Shown here: positions 52,097 to 64,000 of the stretch, in pieces | How positions within the stretch are numbered: position 1 is the stretch's first letter | Layout of the letters: the number at the start of each line of letters is the position of its first letter | Source of the DNA: Styela clava | Lineage: Eukaryota | Direction of reading: 5' to 3' | NCBI RefSeq assembly: GCF_964204865.1 | Contig: NC_135259.1 | Location: forward strand, 15,128,001 to 15,192,000 | Length of the DNA stretch: 64,000 bases | Notes under the pieces: generated by a model | Database searches by the model: none | What the model saw: the letters and a program-made list of their open reading frames with translations, nothing else | Told to the model about the DNA's origin: nothing | Program-made: the position numbers and the translations under genes

Positions 52097-55065
52097 CCGA
52101 AGGACTAAGTTGTATATACTTATCGCTTTGTGTAAAAACTTTCACTTGAATCGTTTTTTATTTCAATTTTTAAATTTTCACGTCATTGGACGCAAAATGG
52201 ACGTGTCCTTTGTCCTGTCCGATATCCATTTTGTTATTATGCTATTGTTGTAGTTGGAATTCTTCTTTTTGTTGTGAAAAAAAAATCGCGTTTCTCATTA
52301 ACTACAAGACCAATTGCTTTTGCTTTGATTAGTTTCAAAGACTTGTGTGGTCTTTATGGAATTATTCATTCCAAAATTTTTAACTCTTAACTATATGCAC
52401 ATATATACTTGAGTTTTTACACCAACTTCATCTTGCAGTCAAGCGAAAAATTACAGCTTATAATTAGAGAAAAATAAATTAAATTTTTTAAAATTTTTGA
52501 TAAAAAAAAAACACACTTCTCTTATTTTTAACATCCATAAAACAGTATTCATCAAAAAATAAATGAAGAATCTAATTATATTGCAAAACTTCCACGCCAG
52601 AAGGACCAAATAATATATACTTATGAGAAATGCTTCGCGTCAGCATCTTTGTTTTGAATTGTTTTTTATTTCAATTTTGGAACTTCATTTTATTGGACAC
52701 GAAATGAACCTATAATTGCTTTCTTTTTCATGTTATTGTAACGTTATTGTTGGTGTAATTTCACTTTTTGTCGCTTTTCTCTATCTATGGAACCAATTGC
52801 TTTGAATTTTGCAGTGGGTAAAGATCGTTGTCCTCTAATTAATTTAAAAAACTTTTGTGGGCTCTATGGATTGTATTTTTTTTCATTCCAAAAAAAAAAA
52901 AAAAAATGCGTCAGTCTGCTGATACTGTACGATTATGATGCTATTTCATTTTGGCTTTCGTGTCCATATATTGGAGCATTGATCTTTTGTTTTTATAAGA
53001 GCAAGCAAGGCCATGCGCACCGACTCAGGAGTAAAGGAATCTGACCTCGATACATTGTACGAGTTAAAAATAAAATCTCCGCTTAGCAAATCTTACGATG
53101 GAAATATTGGAATATTACGGAATCTGCAACGTAGAGTGTTCTATTCACTGAAAACATCACAAAGATAGAAACTATATTCATCAAATAAACAGTCGCAGGT
53201 TCAATTATTATTCGTTTTCAGTGTACGTAACTAATCAGTAGAGTAAATCCACATCTTGCAATCAAACTTGATTCTAAAAATATAAAAAATATGATTTGTC
53301 TCAATATTATTCCGCATGATGCAAATGTATTTGGTGTACTTGCTTCTGAATCTACTTATTTTGGGGATTGCACCCAATACAGCATTCCACTTTTTATATG
53401 TATATATTCGCTTTTAACAAACTTTGAAGTCAAAGAGATTACAAAAAAATTAGTCTTAAGTGACCACTAACTGTATGCAAAAAAAAAAAAAAAAAATTAT
53501 TTTTTAAAGGCACAAGTTGATATGGTATCACAAGAAGAATATTTTTTCGTCTGGAACAATTATGAAAAACGCAAAATGATAAATCGCTGATAAGAACACA
53601 CTTCGGATTGAGAGTGCGCTACCGGTAAAGTTTTCTCGGATAGGATACGGTCGACAAAAAATTTAACTTACCCTTACCGGTATTTTTACGCAGGAACGTA
53701 GCAAAGTTGAAAATGTGTAATATTAGGCTGTGATTAAAGAGCATTGTTTCTGCACATATACTAAAACAAAAACACTCACTTGATCCCGTTGATTGCACCT
53801 CGGACGTAATTTTGGTAATGCGTACTCAATTCTGTACTTGAATGCACTGGAAAATGGAACCGTTCTAGACCAATGTAGTTGTACTTCGCTGATTGAAATT
53901 ATTGAGAAGATTTTAATAATATATCTGTCTTAAGGCTACCATAATAACAGAAACAAGAGAGCAATTTCCAAATATATGTACACGTTAACCAGAGCGAAGC
54001 AATGCTTACCTTTACCGCTACCGGTACCCTCCAAAAATTTCCGAGTTACTCGTGGCAAGAATTTACAGTATCTAACTGGACAGCCAGAGTTCCCATGTAT
54101 AAAATAATACAGCGAAATTTTGGACGAAATATCAGATTTCATACGAAATTTAGACATAAAGAAAAGTAATAGCCTTCTGGTAAAAAAAATCAATCTTTAA
54201 CCACTGAAAATTTTAAAGCCATTGTCCAAGTATTCGAAGAGAGAAGCTATTTTTAATGATAATGATGACGAATAACAAGAACAACAACAACATAATATCG
54301 AAACAATCGCTATGTCCATGAGCGTGTCCAAAAACAAAGACATTGTAAGAAAGGTAAGGTTTGTTTTTTCGTCCGGGTGTCAACGGATCGTGGAAGTACT
54401 ACATCGAGTTACTCGTGGCGTCAAATTTAATACCCATTCGAAAACCGATGTTCTTTTCTTTAGCTACTGGACTAAACGCTTTCGAAATATCAGATGTTGA
54501 ATATAGTGTCATCCTCTAAAAAAAATTACTTTCCTTTTTACATAAATCATCAGGACTTGCTGTGCTCATTGTAACACCACATATTGTTTTAAGTTGAACT
54601 ACGGCGTGGTTTTTCCGATGAGCCAATTTTCCGAGCAAGTATTAAAAATAGTGAGACAAAAATAGAACAATATAACAGAGTTGAACGATGATTTAGCAAA
54701 ACTTTCCACAGGTTTATTTATGTTCAATAGGCTACTGAGATGATAACTTTTATTTAGTTACAATAGCTTACTTTCATTGCATATTGCATTAAATGTTTCG
54801 TTTTATCATATGAAAGAGAGACCGCTTTCTTTACGCCAGGCATCGTTATAAATATCAACTTTTTTACGGTATTCAAAACTTCGCGAAGAGCCTGAGGACC
54901 AAAAATAAAATGGCAAGTTGTTATCAAAATTACCTTGACAGCGAACGTTCATTATGATTATTATAATATAAAATTAATGATATCGTGGTAAGGACATTCT
55001 CTAAAGTCTAAACTATACATTGTCAGTAATCATAATTACATACCAATCAGTTCTTATTGGTGACA

Positions 55066-55202
55066 GCACATTTGAACCCACGTACATTTGCACCCGCAAA
55101 CTGCACCCAAGACATTTGAACCTCTATACTATTGCATCCACCGACATTTGAACCACGAACATTTGCACCTCGGACATTTACATCCCGGACATTTGAACCC
55201 AC
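55066..55202. repeat. Tandem ~15-bp repeat (gacatttg[a/c]acc...)
   Basis: About 8-9 degenerate units adjoining the inner inverted-repeat arm. Typical of TE subterminal repeats. Confidence 0.75.
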
Positions 55203-58200
55203 GAGAGAAAAGCGACAAAAAGTGAAATTACACCAACAATAACATGAAAAAGAAAGCAATTATAGGTACATTTCGTGTCCAATAAAATGAAGTTCCAAAA
55301 TTGAAATAAAAAACTATTTAAAACAAAGATGCTGACGCAAAGCATTTCTCATAGGTATATACTATTTGGTCCTTCTGGCGTGGAAGTTTTGCAATATAAT
55401 TAGATTCTTCATTTATTTTTCGATGAATACTGTTTTATGGATGTTAAAAATGAGAGAAGTGTGTTTTGTTTATTAAAAACTTTGAAAACTAATTTATTTT
55501 TCTCTAATTATAAGCTGTAATTTTTCGCTTGACTGCAAGATGAAGTTGTTGTAAAAACTCAAATATATATTTGCATATAGTTAAGAGTTAAAAATTTTGG
55601 AATGAATAATTCCATAAAGACCACACAAGTCTTTGAAACTAATCAAAGCAAAAGCAATTGGTCGTGTAGTTAAGTTAAACGCGATTTTTTTTTCACAACA
55701 AAAAGAAGAATTCGAACTACAACAATAGCATAATAACAAAATGGATATCGGACAGGACAAAGGACACGTCCATTTTGAGTCCAATGAAGTGAAAATTTAA
55801 AAATTAAAATAAAAAACGATTCAAGTGAAAGTTTTTACACAATACGATAAGTATATACAACTTAGTCCTTCGGGCGTGGAAGTTTTGTAGTGTGATTAGG
55901 TTCTTTATTTAATTTTTGATCAATAATGTTTTATGAATTTTGAAAATGTATTTTTTTTTTTTCTTCAAAAGCTTTAAAAAGTAATTTATTTCTTTTATAG
56001 TAATGAACTGTAATTTTTCGCTTGTTTAGAAAATGAAGTTGGTGTAAAAACTAAGGTATATATTTGCTGATAGTTATAAGGAAAAGTCAAAATTTACCAA
56101 TTTTTTATTGTCAGTGTAATCGTTGATAAAATCTATAAATTTGTTGTATTTCGCTGATGGGATGGGACAGGCATAATTTCTATGGGATGGGAATGGGACA
56201 GAAAAATGTGTTCCATGGACAAGCCTGAATATCAGAGCTTGCTTGAAAGTCGAATCGTTTGCATAAAATACGCAGTAAGATCAAGACCGCGTTCTCCCTA
56301 TATTCTCGCATGATTGCTAAAATTGATTGTTTGCATCTTTCCAAAGTATGTTTTATTTCTTTCTATTTTTTTTTTTTTTTTTTTTTGGTATACATCCAAA
56401 TCATCATGCAGACAACTCGGTCTTTCTATACAGAAATATTCTAATACATAGAGCTCCTTTTCGTAGAAAACAACTCGTGCTATTGAGTCACTGCTTGTTG
56501 GAAGTTTGCTTTCATATTAAACTTATATAGCAATATTTACATATATCTATGGATATAACCTTCAAAATACTGTCGCAATCTCAGCAAAAATTACAACCGA
56601 ATTCTAAAAGAATTGTACGAATGTTATATGAAAGCGTGCTGTGAATAATAAAAAACCCAAATTGGGTTGAGAGCATCGAAGGAATTCCTAAAAATAAAAG
56701 AATGGCTTCTAGAAAACTCCTTACATCTTACTATAAATCTGAACTCGAAATGAAAATATTGGATCTTATAGGTTGATTCTCCAATCTCGGCCTCCTCTTG
56801 AACATTCCGAATGCTTGAGACTTTGATATACAGAATATATTATGCGAAAAATAATATTCCAATGCGCAGATTTTTGATACCAATGCATAGATTTATTTAC
56901 TCGAAAATAGGCCACATAGGTTGAACTCAAAATGTACATTTTCACCCACTGTCAATAGAAATGTAGTGATTGTTCAGATTCGCTATATAAATGTTTGCTG
57001 ACGTTTTGCTGATGTCAACAACAAACAATAAAAATTTGAAACACCATCTAAATTCTAAGATGACCATTGAAGTTTCGAAAGGATTGTTCTTGTTCATGGT
57101 TAAAGCAGTACGTGGAGCGTGGAACGAAAAAACTCCACCCACATTTCAGCTTAGTAGGAAATGAAATAATTGAAAGTAATGGCTACCTACGCTGCGTGAG
57201 TCATAACAACAGATATATAGTTATTATTTCAATACCTTATAAAGATTTGTAAAAATATTTATTTTTAAACTCGTACTTTTTGTCAGGCGTATACTAGAAA
57301 TTAGTGAGATGAATTTTAAGGCATTCCAGGCAAGCTTGTTTCATATCTAGTGTTAGTCAAAATATAAGTATTCCAAAATTGATTTAGATATATTTGGGTG
57401 AAGGATTTGATAGGAGAAGCTGATATATATCGCAGCCGATATATATATATTTTCATTATTGGGGGGTTGTGTTTCGAAATTTAGAGGGTGGTAAATATTT
57501 TGCCAAAAGCGATGAAACTATTTGCAACTTATAAAAATGTGTTATGTATATGACAGACCATCTACTCTACACTGATAAATATGTCATTTTCTGAATATTC
57601 AAAGACAATTTTACCGAAGTTAGGTATTGAAGTCTGGCATCACATCTGGGGAATGTAGGGAAATCACTAGGGTTGCCTATTTGGGAAGCTAAAGAACATA
57701 AACGAAAGCTGTCAATGATAAAAGCTAATCAAATAAATCATATCTTATTCACTTCTAATACGAGGAAGAACAATCTACTTGCGAGCATTGATATGAGGAA
57801 CACAGTCATGTTTCGCTGACGTATAATACTCACATATACGTACTGACAAACGTGATATTAATGAAATCCAAATTTCAAAATGCAAGTAGTGTGGGTACAT
57901 GTACTCGAAATGCTGATTGCATTCGCAAATTATCAAAAACAACAGTAAAGTCTGTGAAAAAAATCTCTGTGGTAAATAATACGTCGAACTATCGATTTCT
58001 TGTAAAATTTAAAAAAATAAAAAAAATTTAAAAAAATAAAATAAAATTTTCAAAATCAAAAATAAACCGAAAATAAAAAAGTAATGAAAAATAAAAACAA
58101 CTGTAAAAATACAAATCAAAATATAAAAAAATGAAAATTAAAAAACGCGCTAAAAATAAAAATGGCGTTTTTCAATTATTTTGACATACGTCGATCAGTA

Positions 58201-59428
58201 AACATACGTTTTACGAATTTAATTATGTCAACTCAGTTGTCAATTTTCTACTAAAGTCAGTACATCATATTATTCATGTAATTCTATCTTTTAATCCATC
58301 CGGTTATGGCGTTTTTCAATTATTTTGACATATGTCGATCAGTAAACATACGCAAAACCATAAACTTAATGACTAACACACGGTTGACGCACAGAACAAC
58401 GGTATCCCCTGATACCGGAAACAATATTACATAACAACTTCCCACGCACCACCATCGACCAACGTATTGACCAACATTCGACCAACATTTGTGTGTTGAA
58501 TTCGACATCATATACTACTATGTCCTCACTTGGTTTATAGTCACTTTGGGTACACGTGAATCGAAGTGCAAAGTGAATATAATATAGTCAAGTCATACGG
58601 TAGTCGCTTTGGTGGGAATGAATATGCCGATTTAAATTATTACGACATAAACACACCTCATTGCCATCAGCGATGCGTGGAAAAGTCACGTTTCACCTAC
58701 CGGTACCTAACTGCTCGCTACTCTAGGCCAGCCTAATTACTAATTTTCAGCAACTACCTTCTGAACAGAGGGCCACGAGCTAGCAATGTGTGGATAAACA
58801 TGATCATTCAAGTTTCTTTCGATATAAACGTGTTATTTTAATGTTTGTCATAACTAATTATTTTTTCCACAAAACCGTTAGCGTGCCACGTCTGAGGGCA
58901 TGGCGTGCCAAATTTGGCACGCGTGCCACGTGTTGTGCACCCCTGACCTAGAGGCTAGAACGCTATGACTTCAACTATGTTTCATCGCAAATCAAATATC
59001 TCGGACGCAATCCCCATTTCCCTCACTTATCTTGTGGTGCAATAAATTGTGTAGGCAATTTGCAACAACAGCCATTGCGCTCCTTGCAGAAAATAGTAGC
59101 TCGTGTCAGTGAAAACTATGACTGAGCGTCTTCGGACTAAAATGCGTGAAAACGACGTATGAAATCGCAAACCGTGTTAGGCATTTTGTACTATTGGCAA
59201 GAAATTGGGTTTAACATTTTCTGATGGCAGTGATGAGCATATTTATTACGAATATATCACATGGCCACAAAATTGCTTCACTTATACTAAAACTCAATGT
59301 TTTTCTGTCTACCCGATTTACCTCATGCCTAATGCCCAATAGACCAAACAATATTACGGTCAATTTATGCAATATATATATATATATTAATTAGAATTCC
59401 GTCATGACATTTGAATCCGATCGTTCAT

Positions 59429-60341
59429 TCATACTTCATTTTTTGCTTGTCCAATGATCATGTTCTCTCTTTCTGTAAAAAAAAAGATAGAGATGTTTTA
59501 ACTTACAAGATAATATTTACGATAATGGAGATTCCTACAACTTAGTACTGAGCTTGAGGTTTCAAACGTTGAAGCTGCAACCTCAATATACTCTCGATCA
59601 AAAACTGAGACCTTTTCGGGTCATACCTTTTACTTTCAAATAATTCACTTCGTGATGCCTTAAAGAAATAGGTGTATGGCTCTCACAAAGTATTGGAACT
59701 AAGATTGGGTGCATCTCGGGCAAAAATGAAACTATTAATCCGACTTGGTCGCTTTTCGTCGCTTGTTTGACTGAAATAAAACTTATATTATCTCAATAAA
59801 ATTTTATTTTAAAGAAAAATTAATTTAGAATTTCTAACATCAATCAAAAATGTCGTCACCTCTCGTCTGCAAATTCACATCATTTTCCACATTGCGCTTT
59901 TTCAGTTTATATACATGGAATGGTGGTATTGTGCTATATCTGAGAAATGTAAAACAAAAGGTTGTTATAGAAACTACTTTCAACTAATAACTCAATTAAC
60001 TGAATCGAATAATGATGAAGTTGCTATAATGGTAATCAAGTAAATTTGTGTTTTGATTCATCGATGGAGAATATTTTTATTTAAATCTCATTATTACCCA
60101 GTATACCATTATATCATAAAGAATTTGTGCAATTATATCAAAAGTTAGAGGTAGGCGAGGCATAAAGACATGAAGAACATATGACCCTTCAATTCTATCA
60201 GCTATACAAAATAACAAAAATCTAATAGACTTACCGGTCTTGTATCGGTGAACTGATCATCAATGTCCGACATTCAACGGACGAAGTGTCCTGGCTAAGA
60301 ACAAACACAACTACAGCAAGAAAAATTGCGATATTCTTCAT
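59429..60341 (-). CDS. Secreted peptide precursor gene Q (predicted YSTIPPFHVYKL)
   Basis: Exons 60341-60235, 59939-59860, 59472-59429: MKNIAIFLAVVVFVLSQDTSSVECRTLMISSPIQDR|YSTIPPFHVYKLKKRNVENDVNLQTR|ERENMIIGQAKNEV*. Confidence 0.87.
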
Positions 60342-62169
60342 CTTAGTTTACGACGCTTAGTTAAACTGGACTTCAGTTGATTTATTTTTATGAGGTTGTT
60401 TTGTCCAAACAAGTCCTTTCACAAGTAACCAAATTTCTTCCTGTTTAATGAAGCTGAAAGCTCAATTTTTTGGGAATGCGTTGTTGGATTAGTTTCTGGA
60501 GTGATTTATATACGGCATTGTTAATCAATTATTTAAAAAAATCGCGGTAATTGCAGCAATCTCGAAACGAATTCATCAAAAAGTTCAAATTTTTCATCGA
60601 ACTTTTTGATATGAAATCAATCCGTCTCCTCAGATATAAAGGCCTTAATTGCTCGTGCAATCATAATAATTTTTTAAAGTATGAATTTGTTCATTAGCAC
60701 AAACACTTGTTCCGAATTCTGATATTCAAAGTAGTGAACGAAAGCAATCATTTTGCCTTGTCAATGAAAATCAAAACTTAAATGACGTTCCGCTTTGAAG
60801 TAGAATATTGGATATCGATAATTTATATTTGCAAATGGTTGTCACTAAATTTGAATATTATCCTTTGAATTGATATTAATACAACGTTTTATTTCGAGTC
60901 AAATACACTAAGGTTAGTGTTTTGCTCTACACTGGACAAAAAAGTTTACCACTTGGGTAAAACCTAAACCCAGTTAACAATAATTAATTCGAATAAAAAA
61001 AACTTTCATATTATCAGTTTTAGATTATCAATTTTGTGCATACAAAAAATCACATTTGACCAAATGCCATTACTGAATAATTGCATTCATTATTTCGAAT
61101 TTTATACTACGTTTTCAGTATCGACTTCACTGGTCTACGGTGTTTGTTATTTGGCTACTTTTATTGCATTCGATTCAGTAGTTTTATGCCTACCAAGTCA
61201 ATACATATTTTTACTCCTAATTAAATATTGAGTTCTAGCATTAACAAGAAACTCTTATTCGTAGGTTTCATAATATCAAAACTGTTAGAACAGGCCAATT
61301 CATATACTTTGGCTCAAGAAGCAGAAACAAAAAAAGCAAAATTGAAGTTCAACCAAGATTCAATACCAATATCATTTCAGAAATATAATATCAGCATCAA
61401 TATCTACTATATTTTATTAACATTAAATTACTTCACCCACCCGTGCATTAAATGCCTCTGCCTAAGTTAAAGGTAAATTTGGAATTTTGCAATTAAACAA
61501 ATAATGGTAATGATCTCGATCATCCTACTAAAACGAAAACAAACTGATATGGACATTTTGAATATCTCAAGTGGCGGAAACCATAATACTTATGTCTGAT
61601 TAGTCGCAAAAGATCGTGAAGGAGTTTATTCAATTTAAACTCGAGCACCCAACGAAAATGATTATTCAAAATGTTTGTCGCAGCGAAAAGTAAATTGCTT
61701 TGTAGTTATTTTTAGTTCAAAAGTTAAAAAATTTATGTTTGTGACTTGTGAAGGAGTCTTGCTGTAATATGACTTATTGTTCATACCCAAGGAAACATTT
61801 CATGAAAATCATAATCAGCTTTCGGTCGGTTCACAATTTGGGTATTGTAATCATAGTGTCGAAATTGCCCTATACTGCTGTATCAAACGGCAGTCACAGC
61901 TCACGAGCATCATCTTATGGCAACCTGATTAACGAAAACATCTTGAGCTTCAGAAAAAGACATCAATTCAATTACTTGTTCTCAACAGAATAATTGTTAT
62001 GCAATAATTAATTTTTCGATCCTCAAGTAGTAAATGCAGAAGCAGTTGCTAAGGATGAATCTCCCCTCAGGCAATCAGTAAAAAGATATAAATTACTCCA
62101 AGTCAAAGCAGAAAATACACTCATAATCGAAGACTCTCATCTTGTTTACGACTACGCAACGCGAAGAAA

Positions 62170-63114
62170 ATGAAACATTTGACGATTCGGTGTTTTGTGT
62201 TATTGTCTTTTATGCTTCTGATGTCTTACAACATTGTTCATACTCAACTGACTACGGAAGGACCTATACAATCAAGGTATGAGTATTCCATAATCATATG
62301 TCCAAGTGCAATTGCTTCGCATACTTGTTTGCGCTACTGTAAAAGTCTGAATATTGTATTTTAACACACATTTGGGTTTGAACGTCCTAGATTGAATTGA
62401 ATGCAACATGATAGAAGGAAATTATCTGTGATCAATTTGATTGGTGAATAAATATATATATAACATCGTTGATTTTTGGAGAATTTTACTATTCAAAGGT
62501 CATGCGATTGTATGCAGATGATATTGCATTATTTCAATCCAAATTATCTTTATCAATCAAGAATTGAGTACATATGTTTTATTTATTCAATGTAAATATT
62601 TAAATATTTTAAATTGAATTTATCTTATTTCTGCTATATGTAACTATGGAAAATTTCTTTGAGGTGAAACAGCTTTCATGATAAACATGTAGGCCTATCC
62701 AATACGTAAGTCCAGACAAACGAAGATTAATTGATTCTCCATCTAAATATTTTTTAATTTCTCATTTTTAGGCTAGGCAACACCCCACCGTGGCCAGGAA
62801 AGAAGAAACGGGACGTTGGAAAATTTGATAAAATAACAGGTTTGTTAGTAGAAATTAGTAAGAGTTTGCAGAAATAAAAGCAAGACCCAATATAAAAGTC
62901 AAATAACATTAAATCAAAAACGTAATATACCGCATTATTTAGAGCCTTTTCAGATATCGTACCATTTATCATGCATCCTCTCCTAAAACAAAAAATAATA
63001 ACTCGTGTATTCCAATACTTTTTAACATACAAATATTTACACGTTATCTAATAAACTTTTTTTTGTACAGATGACGAATTATTCTTTGACGACGACTCAC
63101 AGATCGATCACTGA
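62170..63114 (+). CDS. Secreted peptide precursor gene R (predicted LGNTPPWP-amide)
   Basis: Exons 62170-62276, 62772-62839, 63071-63114: MKHLTIRCFVLLSFMLLMSYNIVHTQLTTEGPIQSR|LGNTPPWPGKKKRDVGKFDKIT|DDELFFDDDSQIDH*. Confidence 0.88.
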
Positions 63115-64000
63115 ATGAAGATTGCTGTTACCGAGTTTTATGACATTATGGAAGTTTTCTATTTTGTGTAATTTGTGAATGGCGTAATAAAAATTATCAA
63201 AATAATTTCATTGTGGAAATATTTATTCATAAGAACTTGATTCATGTTAGATTAAGTAAATCTGGATTGACTAAGTTTTGTAAGATACGGGACGTTGAAA
63301 GAGAGAGAGACGGAGATTTGTTGTTGCGTCAACCAGAAACAGTCATAAACAAAAGCAAAAATATAGTTATTTATCACAATAAAGATTGTTGTTGAAGGGA
63401 ATTATTATGTTGAATTTTTTTGGATATGCAGCTTTCGGCATGAAATTGATGGTAAGCCGTGACAGACCAGTGAAGACGTGAACCAACCTACAACGGCGGG
63501 GAGTTTATCAATCATCTTGCACCTAATTGTTCCCCACGGGCTCCGAAGCCATTCATGGCAATATCCTTCGATATACTAAGACATTTGACGGCTCGTAAAA
63601 AACAAAAAACTTTTCCTTTTCATATTAAAACAGAAACATTTTTGTCTGAACTTTCCGTCTTTGTTTTCCCCAGGAAGGGTTCAATCGTTAGAGGTCCTGA
63701 ATTATCAAATCTATATACGGAAAGTTTTTACCAATATATTCCGATGTGTGTGATTCGTTCCACCTACCCTGTTCCCATAAGTGGGGGTGCCCAACACGGG
63801 GCATGCGGGCCCAAAGTGGCACCTCATATGCTATAGACGTAGCACGCTAACGATTTGGAAATAAGTAATTCTTTTATTCATGGTAAATCCTAATAACTCA
63901 CGTTTATATCTAAATTAATTCAATTCGTCTTTAAAAGCGTCTTCAAGACATTAAATATTTTGAGTAAATAATTTTTCCTTAATATGTGTTTTGCTGAAGT

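Larger units (their letters stand above)
49155..58520. repeat. Long interrupted inverted repeat: ~49155-51006 with ~57438-58520, and ~52097-52782 with ~55202-55874
   Basis: The arms match as reverse complements. The left outer arm also has an internal tandem duplication (~49500-49910 / ~50100-50760). Confidence 0.85.
46494..58550. mobile_element. Putative ~12-kb TIR element nested in the hAT
   Basis: ~30-bp imperfect TIR cgcaaagtgaatataaaccaagtggagaca / tgtcctcacttggtttatagtcactttggg, flanked by taca on both sides. Removing it leaves a normal-sized hAT. Confidence 0.55.
44340..58945 (-). mobile_element. SPIN/Charlie-type hAT transposon (~2.5 kb of its own sequence) with a ~12-kb nested insert
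   Basis: TIR CAGGGATGCACAAC / GTTGTGCACCCCTG. 8-bp TSD acttagag / acctagag (7/8 match). Transposase relic near the left end. Confidence 0.85.

Noticed and set aside
55047-55259. Pentapeptide-like repeat ORF (NVRGA), or CRISPR-like array
   Set aside because: A degenerate 15-bp tandem repeat with no unique spacers, no cas genes and a eukaryotic context.
1631-63114. Assigning the peptides to known cationic antimicrobial families (styelin, clavanin) or to GnRH
   Set aside because: The acidic C-terminal tail is reminiscent of those precursors, but the cores are short, Pro-rich and not cationic-amphipathic. They also lack the GnRH pQHWS...PG-amide pattern.

Overview
AT-rich eukaryotic DNA from an invertebrate animal (ascidian-like is my unverified guess). 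The six-frame ORF track misses the real genes because they are split into tiny exons. Splicing by hand reveals a cluster of at least 17 three-exon prepropeptide genes across the window, all with the same layout. Exon 1 encodes a signal peptide and a short spacer and ends in a basic residue, almost always Arg, split by a phase-2 intron. Exon 2 encodes a 6-12 aa Pro/aromatic-rich, Cys-free core, then (G)KKR/KKKR and the start of an acidic tail, and ends at a phase-1 intron. Exon 3 is a short, mostly acidic tail. Predicted products form two classes: a Trp class, mostly amidated (e.g. HPVAPAWL-NH2, pQPSASDPGWA-NH2, YSTPWG-NH2, LGNTPPWP-NH2), and a non-amidated Tyr-rich class (YSTIPPF-YAYIL/YAYKL/YVYKL/HVYKL). 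The genes recur as head-to-head pairs and are expanding by inverted and tandem duplication. About 20 kb (39.9-58.9 kb) is nested DNA transposons: a decayed Academ element and a SPIN/Charlie-type hAT. The hAT contains a ~12-kb insert with long inverted arms and an intronless SENP1/Ulp1 SUMO-protease copy. Gene letters A-R are my own labels.
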